Shown: in pieces, positions 1 through 7,131 of the stretch
Position numbering within the stretch: position 1 is the first letter of the stretch
How the letters are laid out: each line of letters opens with the position of its first letter
DNA from: Nitrosococcus oceani ATCC 19707
GTDB taxonomy: Bacteria > Pseudomonadota > Gammaproteobacteria > Nitrosococcales > Nitrosococcaceae
DNA length: 32,000 bases
NCBI RefSeq assembly: GCF_000012805.1
Contig: NC_007484.1
Coordinates: 2,250,001-2,282,000, forward strand
Direction: 5' to 3'
Notes under the pieces: generated by a model
What the model was told of the DNA's origin: nothing
What the model saw: the letters and a program-made list of their open reading frames with translations, nothing else
Database searches by the model: none
Made by a program: the position numbers and the translations under genes

Positions 1-444
1 CATAAAATGATCCGGCACGAAAAGCCTTGACCTGAGGTACGCCTGCTGCGTGCAGATGTTTGAGTCCCCACTGGATCAACTTGCTCTGCTCATTCAGGGA
101 AAAATTGCGCATTAAATAACCTCGCCGTTTCGGGAACAAAGACTGCTCAAGCTTATCGATCCACTCGGGGTGAAGATGAAGGTGGATTTCAGGGCCTGCT
201 TCCTGAATAAGTCCCACAATCTCCGCGAGCGGCTGCACACCAAAACGGAGCACAAACAACGATTCGACAAAGAAATACCCCTTGAAGCCCATAATCATTG
301 AGGATCTGAAGGGTCATAGGAAGGCCATAATCGCCCGCCTTGCCGGATCGTAGATATAGCGGCGGAAAGCTCCTGGGATCGCTCATCCAGCCGGTTCCAG
401 CTATCTGGCCAAATCTCAACGTCAACAGTGGAAAAAATGTTCAA
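1..444 (-). pseudogene. NodB-fold polysaccharide deacetylase-like gene; 3' end cut by the window edge and reading frame apparently broken twice
   Basis: Hand translation of the minus strand. TTG at 444-442 follows AAGGAG plus a 5-nt spacer and opens MNIFSTVDVEIWPDSWNRLDERSQ... A second frame (track ORF 189..425) carries ...YLRSGKAGDYGLPMTLQILNDYGLQG. A third frame, from about 283 down to base 1, reads YFFVESLFVLRFGVQPLAEIVGLIQEAGPEIHLHLHPEWIDKLE...KAFRAGSFY. In order, these are the DVE motif, the ILxxYGxxG-FFV helix-strand and the HxHxHP metal motif of one deacetylase domain. Compare MTVDVEDYF...ATFF...SHGFSH in the intact paralog at 25700..26551. Confidence 0.55.
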
Positions 445-489
445 TGACACTCCTTGGAACGCCCAGCTTTTCCAAAATTACCCTTTATT

Positions 490-2313
490 TCAGTGCCCAT
501 GGGCCTGGAGCCAAAGCTCCAACATCATCAATATCCACACTAATTCGCCATAATAGGCGGTATGTCCAGTTCGGTGAAGCCTAATGGCCCGATCAAGAAA
601 CTCAGGGCGGAAATAGGGACGCTTTTTGAGAGAAAGAAGGCTTTCATAGGCAAGCTCCTGGAGCGGCACATGCTCCACCATCCATAAGCCAAAGGGCAGT
701 CCAAACCCATGCTTTTCCTTCCTAATAGTTTCCAGGGGAAGGAAATCCCGCATGGCTTCCTTATAAAAATAGCGAAGGCGCTGTCCCTTGAGCTTCAGCG
801 CCGACGGCACCTGGCAGGAGAATTCAATAAGGGGGTCATCCAGCAACGGATAAACCACCTCTACCCCGGCAAGGGCACACATCCGTCCCACCTTGCGAAG
901 ATCATTATCCGCAAGGGTCTGCTGCCAATCCAAGTACATCATACGATTAAGGGTTGAAGCATTTTGGGGTGTCGAATATCGCTTACGTTGCAGGAATAGG
1001 GGCTCTTCAGGCGCTAGGGTCGCCAAAAAGTCTGCTTGAAACACCTCTTCGGCGCCTTCCCGCTGAAGGAAGTTATAAGCTTCTAAGCGATCCGGTAACG
1101 GCGTCATTGCCTGGCGCACGTAGCTTAGCGCCTTCCGCACTACGCCCATGGACTCTGGTAAACGGAATAAAAGCGGCTCTAATACCCTTTTGCGCAGAAT
1201 AAGTGGTATCATTCCATAATATTCGAAAATCTGCTGTTTAGCATAACGCACATTGCCCGCAAAGAGCTCATCACCCCCATCCCCCGCAAGCAGATACTCC
1301 ATTCCATCGTTAGCGGCAAGTTTAGCGCAATAGTAAGCTCCTACCGCCGAAGAATTGCCAAAGGGTTCATCATAAACCCGAGCGATTTCCGGCACTATCG
1401 CACAAACATCTTTAGGCGTGACATAGTATTCATGCTGCTTTGTGCCGAAGTGCTGAGCTGCGGTACGCGCATACCCCATCTCGTCATACCCGCTTGCCGA
1501 AAAACCGATGGAATAGGTATTGGCATTGCCCGACTGCAATTTGGCAAGCATACCTGCTAGGGTCGAGCTGTCTAGGCCACCGCTCAGAAAAGCACCGATT
1601 CTCCGCCCCTTGCTAAGGCGTTCAACCGATTCGAAAATAAGAGCATGCATCTGCTCCCCTAACACCTCGAGACTGGCGCTATTAGTTTCATCGAAAAGAG
1701 GCTCCCAATAGCTTCCCACGTAGGTTTGATTGCCATCATATTCTACATAATGCCCCCCTGGCAGCTTGCACAAGGCTGAGTAAATGGTACCAGGACTCGG
1801 GACCATATGGGAATGGACATAATTGTAAATCCCTTGGGGCGAGAGCGAAGAGTCGGCGCTTGGATGGACCCGTACACTATCGGCACTTGAGCCAAAAACG
1901 AATCCACCGCCGGCCACCGTGTAGTAGAGAGATTCCTGCCCGATGCGATCCACGGCCGCAAATGCCCGGCCAGAACGGTCATCCAATACAGCAATGGTGA
2001 AGGCACCATGAAGGTATTGCAAAAGCCCAGTTCCGTAATGTCGATAAGCTTCGCCGAGGGCATCTCCCTCCCCTCGTTCACGGGCAATGCGTTCAAGCTT
2101 CGGATCTGACCACCACGGCTGGCCTATAACAGCAGCGACTAAGCCATCTGGGAGTATGCCTAATTTCCGCTCAGGCGCCGCACAAGCCACTCGCTCCATC
2201 AAAACCCTATCTAATTTCCCTGAAAGCTGTAGGCCCTTACTCATCTCATGGAGCAACTTCTCATCCCTTAGTTCTCTAGCAGAGAAATTAGTTAACCCAC
2301 AAAGTCCCATCAT
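490..2313 (-). CDS. Asparagine synthase (AsnB) family amidotransferase paralog with a divergent N-terminal glutaminase domain
   Basis: 607-aa ORF. It has the PP-loop SGGLDSS and AsnB-type synthetase domain motifs (LLAGDGGDELFAG). The N-terminus is MMGLCGL, so Cys is residue 5 rather than 2. The position of the NGEIYN box reads IGQPWW. No clear Shine-Dalgarno sequence precedes the ATGATG. Confidence 0.8.
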   Translation of the reverse strand: MMGLCGLTNFSARELRDEKLLHEMSKGLQLSGKLDRVLMERVACAAPERKLGILPDGLVAAVIGQPWWSDPKLERIARERGEGDALGEAYRHYGTGLLQYLHGAFTIAVLDDRSGRAFAAVDRIGQESLYYTVAGGGFVFGSSADSVRVHPSADSSLSPQGIYNYVHSHMVPSPGTIYSALCKLPGGHYVEYDGNQTYVGSYWEPLFDETNSASLEVLGEQMHALIFESVERLSKGRRIGAFLSGGLDSSTLAGMLAKLQSGNANTYSIGFSASGYDEMGYARTAAQHFGTKQHEYYVTPKDVCAIVPEIARVYDEPFGNSSAVGAYYCAKLAANDGMEYLLAGDGGDELFAGNVRYAKQQIFEYYGMIPLILRKRVLEPLLFRLPESMGVVRKALSYVRQAMTPLPDRLEAYNFLQREGAEEVFQADFLATLAPEEPLFLQRKRYSTPQNASTLNRMMYLDWQQTLADNDLRKVGRMCALAGVEVVYPLLDDPLIEFSCQVPSALKLKGQRLRYFYKEAMRDFLPLETIRKEKHGFGLPFGLWMVEHVPLQELAYESLLSLKKRPYFRPEFLDRAIRLHRTGHTAYYGELVWILMMLELWLQAHGH

Positions 2314-2364
2314 AATTCAAATATTATCCCATTACTTTAAACGGCTTTCCTTTACCCCAAATAA

Positions 2365-2386
2365 TTTACTGTCCGAATACAGTAAA
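2365..2386. repeat. Inverted repeat TTTACTGT-ccgaat-ACAGTAAA (8-bp AT-rich stem, 6-nt loop), about 52 nt upstream of the AsnB-like start
   Basis: Read directly: 2365-2372 is the reverse complement of 2379-2386. It could be an operator or a weak hairpin. It is not a convincing intrinsic terminator, having only 2 GC pairs and only a modest T-run after it on the minus strand. Confidence 0.3.
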
Positions 2387-2535
2387 ACTTAGCGCGCTAT
2401 AACCTCAGAAACAGCGTAAAACTGATCTGGGAGTGATGGTTTCAAAAAAACAAAGGAGAAGTGTTAAAAAGGAACTTAAAGATGCGAAGACATAATTCTA
2501 TTAACGCTTATACTCAACTGGTCCACTACTACTAA

Positions 2536-3192
2536 TTAAGGCCAATATCCCTCTTTCTCTAAAAGTTTCTTTAAACCCGGCAAAGGATATCCTAGCTCAT
2601 AAGCCGTGGCAGCATATTTTTTAGCAAGCTGATACTTTTTAAGCTCAAAATAGAGCAGCCCAAGATTATAATTCAACTCTGAGGAGTCGGGGATTAAATC
2701 CAGTCCAATCTCATATTGTTCTAGAGCTTGCTCCATCTCTCCACTTTTATGCAGATGTATGCCATACAGCATTCTCACAACGCCATCTTTAGGGCGAAAA
2801 CGTATAGCGCGAACGAAGTAGCATTCTGCTGATCGGCGCCATGTCCATGTTATCTTCTGGGGCAAAGTACCCCTCTGCCGGCGTTCGAACCGAGAAATGG
2901 TATACAATGCATCATGGTGGTTGGGAAAATGCACAAGCGTATAGTTTAAATTCTCCATAATATGCATGGGATATGAATCGAACTGACGAATCTCGAAAAA
3001 GAAATGAGCACGATTGACTAGTTTTAAGTGACGCCGCGCGGCAGGATGCGGGTCTAGATAATCATCCTGGCGATCTTGGTAACGGACTGTCTCGGGCAGC
3101 AAACTACCACAACGCTGCTGAGCCTGAGTCACCATCGGAGTTATTGCAGCTAATATCAGGAAAAGAAAACTGAGCTTTAACCAGCTTCGCAT
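2536..3192 (-). CDS. Secreted TPR-repeat protein
   Basis: 218-aa ORF. ATG follows GAAGGTGAGG plus a 5-nt spacer. The N-terminal signal peptide is MRSWLKLSFLFLILAAITPMVTQA|QQ. The C-terminal third has TPR-like helices (ALEQYEIGLDLIPDSSELNYNLGLLYFELKKYQLAKKYAATAYELG). Sampled 60-nt lines are about 38-40% GC, against 55-60% in neighbouring genes. Confidence 0.75.
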   Translation of the reverse strand: MRSWLKLSFLFLILAAITPMVTQAQQRCGSLLPETVRYQDRQDDYLDPHPAARRHLKLVNRAHFFFEIRQFDSYPMHIMENLNYTLVHFPNHHDALYTISRFERRQRGTLPQKITWTWRRSAECYFVRAIRFRPKDGVVRMLYGIHLHKSGEMEQALEQYEIGLDLIPDSSELNYNLGLLYFELKKYQLAKKYAATAYELGYPLPGLKKLLEKEGYWP

Positions 3193-3827
3193 ACTAACCT
3201 CACCTTCACCACCGAGATCTAAGTATCATTTCGCCCTATTAGTAGTCCTACCGACTTCTAATCCCAAGTTTGGTAACAATTCTCTGAAAAAATTACGCCT
3301 CTCCCACCACCTCAATTATAAGCTAAGCTGCCAAAGATAAAAGATGAGAAACCTATAGCCCAATTTAGCAGGACCTTAACATGTGCGCTCTCATTTGAAT
3401 AAAACCGCAAGCAAAAAAATTCGTCTCGACCTCTCGCGATACTTCCCCTTTCTCATGGAGCGTTACGGTCCATCTGGCAAAGATTGACTCACAATTGCTA
3501 TACATCACTTCCAGAACACCGCTTAACCAAGGAATCAAAAAATGCTTGCTCGATAAACTTTCCCTAAATCCGACATAGCAACATAAAATCTTAAATTTCT
3601 ATCATCTTAGTACCTTGCCGTACGATACAAAAACCGACCGTACCGTAGGAATTAAACTTGACTTGACACTTAAGCACTCATTTCTCACGTCCAATATCAT
3701 TAAGGATAGCCTGAATTTGACTCTGGTCGTATTTACGGCCAGAAAATTAGGAGATAAAACGGGTATTTGGATTAGCTTCGATAAATTCCTGCACTGCCTG
3801 CGTTCCCCTGAATTTGAGAGTTCTTCA

Positions 3828-4871
3828 TCATTCCGCTTCGGAATAAGCAAACGGCGTACCAGCACTGCGGTAGTTCCACAAGAGACGCAACATAAATCGG
3901 CTTGGGGTGCGATCCCAAGGCGTGAAGCGTGGTAATTGCCAAATATCACTTTGAGCCGAAGCAACGCCCCAGGCGGTAGAAACCGCAGCTTCAAAATTTA
4001 GATTTTGAGCAATATCCGCATGTTCCTGAAGGTAGTCTTTTCCAGGTTTACCGTTAGGATAGGCAAATAAACGCACCGATTCGCCCAGCAGATCTTCTAG
4101 TCGAGCCTTGCTTGTCGCCATTTCTTGTTCTGCGGATGCCCGTCCCAGTGATGCTAAAATAGGATGGGTATGAGTGTGGGCTCCAATCTCCATCCCTGCC
4201 TGGTGAAGCTGGCGCACTTGGATAGAAGTCATCATCAAGCTATGGGAAAGTGATTTTTGGCAACGCTGAGTGAGCGCTTGAACCTGCTCCTCCCGCTCCT
4301 CGCTGGGAAGATATTTTAGTCGGACAAGGATTTGTTCAATCGCCGCCAAACGATCTACAGTACTTACTAAAGGGTAGATGTCTAGCCCCATATCTGTTAG
4401 ATCAAAATCTCCATTAGGCATATGGCGCAGCGTTTCAATGACCTTATCGTTCCACATCCACCCGCCATCTAAATAGCCGGTAGCGATAAAAAATGTTGCT
4501 GGCACCTTCACTTGCTGCAAAATAGGCAATGCAACCTCCACGTTATCCGCGTAACCATCATCAAAAGTTACGCTAACTGCCCGCGGAGGTAGAGTTTCTT
4601 CCCGTAAGCGCCTAACGGCTTCTGATAGAGGGAGTGGATTGAAATAACGCGCCAAGAGTTCCATCTGCCAACGAAATTGCACGGCATCTGGCTCACCCGG
4701 AAGCAGGGCGTCTGGCGCCGCTAGCACACGATGATAAATCAGCACCGAAAGGCGTGCCCGTTTGCCGCTGGAGGCAAGTAATGAAGCTAAGGGACGTAGT
4801 CCACCCAATACCACCTTGTCAAAACCAGATAGAATTTCTTCTGGCACCTTCTGCTCCAAAGCTATTCCCAA
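3828..4871 (-). CDS. Polysaccharide deacetylase (NodB homology domain)
   Basis: 347-aa ORF with TTG start after AGGAtaaaggt. Motifs are VSVTFDDGYADN (Asp-Asp motif), GAHTHTHPIL (His-His metal motif) and LFAYPNG. Confidence 0.85.
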   Translation of the reverse strand: MGIALEQKVPEEILSGFDKVVLGGLRPLASLLASSGKRARLSVLIYHRVLAAPDALLPGEPDAVQFRWQMELLARYFNPLPLSEAVRRLREETLPPRAVSVTFDDGYADNVEVALPILQQVKVPATFFIATGYLDGGWMWNDKVIETLRHMPNGDFDLTDMGLDIYPLVSTVDRLAAIEQILVRLKYLPSEEREEQVQALTQRCQKSLSHSLMMTSIQVRQLHQAGMEIGAHTHTHPILASLGRASAEQEMATSKARLEDLLGESVRLFAYPNGKPGKDYLQEHADIAQNLNFEAAVSTAWGVASAQSDIWQLPRFTPWDRTPSRFMLRLLWNYRSAGTPFAYSEAE

Positions 4872-4921
4872 CCTTTATCCTATGGCCTACTACAAAACCG
4901 GCCTAAAAGACATTCCTTTTT

Positions 4922-7018
4922 TTACGAGTCTGATCGACTATGAGACTTCAATAGCCCTTTGAGCACTGCCGTTACCCGCTCTTCAAGGGCAGGGGCATTA
5001 TAGATAAGCCCTTCATCCAGTTGCTGGGCCACATGCCGCAACCAGTAGAGAGAGACAAAAGCGGCATGGTGGTTGGAATCGATACCACAACGATTATAGC
5101 TTTCCTCAAGAAATTGCTGCTCTTTCTCATTGAGCTGATCCTTATCCGCAAGCAATGGTATTGTCTGTGCAAGGCTCATATCAGCGTTCAAATAGCGATG
5201 GGCGCTTTCCAGATAGTTAAGCGCATCCAATATCGGTATCCCTAAAAGATCAGAATTATCCCAATCAATCACCCCGCTTATTTCGGAGCCTCGAACGAAA
5301 ATATTACTCGTGCTAAAATCGCCATGCGCTCGTCCACGGCGTACGCGCAGACCATATAGCTGATCTCGTAAATAGGATTTCGCCTCCTCTATAAGGGCTG
5401 GATCCTCTAAAGCGTCAGCTACTTGCTCTAGAGGTAAGCTCACTTGGTGCCGATAGAACTCGCCTGACAGTTCCTCTGGCGCCCGCTCATGGAAATCGGA
5501 ATTAAATATTTGTAAAAAACCCGCTACGGCCTTGAGAAAATCCAACTGGTTCTGTCTTCCCAACTCTGCTCGTAATAGCCGACCTTCCACCCGACTCTCG
5601 ACATAATAGGGCACCCCTTGAATTTTGCCTGCTGCGAGCGCTCGCGGAAGCAATTCCCGAACCTTCCCCATGGACGCCACCTGCTGAAGGAATTGATGGT
5701 TGCGCTCGGCGCCTGCTATAGCAGAATTATTAAAGGGTAATTTTACAATTATTGGACCATGCTTGGTATGACCACTGATGACTCCCTTGCCTTTGCCGGT
5801 CGTGTGGAAATGGGCGAAGGATACAGAATTCCCATCGAGGCTGAGCTGAGATTCAATCGCCGCCGCTATCTTCTCCGCTAACGACAAACCGGTAGGCACC
5901 CGTGGTGAAGCAATAATTCCGTAGGCGGGAACAAAATTCCGGCTGCGCCGGATATGATCAAAACCCTGAGAGCCAGGAGGCTGCCAAAGATGCTTATCCG
6001 TCTGGAGTGGGAGGAGTTCAGCCAGGTGAGTATAACCCGGGGCGAGCCCGTAAACTTCCTGGTGTGAGAATCCAGCGGCGTTAAGGAGCCGTCGGTAACC
6101 ATTGATGGAATAAGTATAAGTCCGGTAAGGACGACGAGCCACAGCGGTAGAGTAAATATTTGCTAAAAAACGGGGCAACAACGAAGCAAACCACAGACCC
6201 GAGTGGTGATCACGACGACCACCAAAATAGCGATAACTCAAACGGTTTTCAATAGCGATAAAAAGCTGACCTTTTGGCTTTAACACCCGCCGTATCTCGT
6301 TCAGGAAACGGAGCTGGATTTTACGCGGATTAGCAGCGCCAAAGAAACTTAAAAACGCCCCTGTTGCTTTTTCCAGCCGAGAACCCCCTCGATCCCAAAC
6401 GCTTTGATCATCGGCTACCCACTCTAATACGCCCGAAAGCGTTACACAATCCAAACTGCCATCCGGAAATGGCAGAGAGGCTCCATCGCCCCCAGCAAGC
6501 AATACGATATCGTCATTTGGATTGAAGCGATCAAAGCGTACCCGAGCCAGCTTAAGTCGTTCGAAAGTTAAGTCCAAAGCATACACGCGGCCTGCGCTTG
6601 GTGCGATATTTTTAGTCAAATTCCCTAGCCCGCAACCTAAATCAAGAACGTGGGCATTTGGCGGCAACCGTAACAGCAGCTTCCAGGCATAGCGACCGTC
6701 AGCAACCAGATTATCGAGCCAGTCGGGGTTTTGTCTCACCCCCCTAAGGAAACGCCGTACAGTATTCGCCCATGGTACGTGGTGCGCCTCACGGGTGAGC
6801 TCTCCCATTGCCTCCCGGGAGAGGGGATTAAAATAATAATCATGACGATGGCAACGAAAATCTATAATGCCATCACGAATGGGATAACTGGCGCCACAGG
6901 CAACACACCCAAGCTCTGTATCATTGGCCACAATGGCGCCAGCACAACGAGGACAAGCCAGGTCCTCTCGCTGGGTGCGATGCTCATGTGCCATGGTAGA
7001 GGCATCCAGCGAGCTCAT
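4922..7018 (-). CDS. Three-domain fusion: Trm112-like zinc ribbon, class I SAM methyltransferase and APH/choline-kinase-like phosphotransferase
   Basis: The track ORF is 4922..7030 with a TTG start. The first ATG, at 7018, follows GGGGAttaag. The zinc ribbon is CPRC...CVACGASYPIRDGIIDF (aa 26-58). SAM motif I is VLDLGCGLGNLT (aa 128-139), followed by RVLKPKGQLFI. Kinase motifs are IIVKLP, HGDFSTSNIFV and VIDWDNS (aa 569-593). Confidence 0.85.
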   Translation of the reverse strand: MSSLDASTMAHEHRTQREDLACPRCAGAIVANDTELGCVACGASYPIRDGIIDFRCHRHDYYFNPLSREAMGELTREAHHVPWANTVRRFLRGVRQNPDWLDNLVADGRYAWKLLLRLPPNAHVLDLGCGLGNLTKNIAPSAGRVYALDLTFERLKLARVRFDRFNPNDDIVLLAGGDGASLPFPDGSLDCVTLSGVLEWVADDQSVWDRGGSRLEKATGAFLSFFGAANPRKIQLRFLNEIRRVLKPKGQLFIAIENRLSYRYFGGRRDHHSGLWFASLLPRFLANIYSTAVARRPYRTYTYSINGYRRLLNAAGFSHQEVYGLAPGYTHLAELLPLQTDKHLWQPPGSQGFDHIRRSRNFVPAYGIIASPRVPTGLSLAEKIAAAIESQLSLDGNSVSFAHFHTTGKGKGVISGHTKHGPIIVKLPFNNSAIAGAERNHQFLQQVASMGKVRELLPRALAAGKIQGVPYYVESRVEGRLLRAELGRQNQLDFLKAVAGFLQIFNSDFHERAPEELSGEFYRHQVSLPLEQVADALEDPALIEEAKSYLRDQLYGLRVRRGRAHGDFSTSNIFVRGSEISGVIDWDNSDLLGIPILDALNYLESAHRYLNADMSLAQTIPLLADKDQLNEKEQQFLEESYNRCGIDSNHHAAFVSLYWLRHVAQQLDEGLIYNAPALEERVTAVLKGLLKSHSRSDS

Positions 7019-7131
7019 CTTAATCCCCAAAAAATACGTAACATTTTATTCTTCATAACTTATCCTAATTTAATAACCCTTTGGGGGAGTATCGGCAAGT
7101 TAGATGCGCCCAGGAGCCTTTGAGAAAGGGC

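Noticed and set aside
189-425. 78-aa ORF as a stand-alone small gene
   Set aside because: Its C-terminal part (GDYGLPMTLQILNDYGLQG) is the middle piece of a deacetylase domain whose flanking motifs lie in the other two frames. It is better explained as a fragment of a frameshifted gene.
709-1202. Plus-strand ORFs of 60-130 aa here and throughout the window (for example 709..957, 954..1202, 13968..14162, 18334..18582, 22587..22916)
   Set aside because: All are antisense to long minus-strand genes that carry clear family motifs. None has a recognisable domain or ribosome-binding site.
3602-3994. Two mutually antisense ORFs (130 aa on minus, 106 aa on plus at 3615..3935) in the AT-rich spacer
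   Set aside because: Both run into the 3' end of the deacetylase gene at 3828..4871. They have no SD or start context and no recognisable motifs, and their composition is typical of random ORFs.
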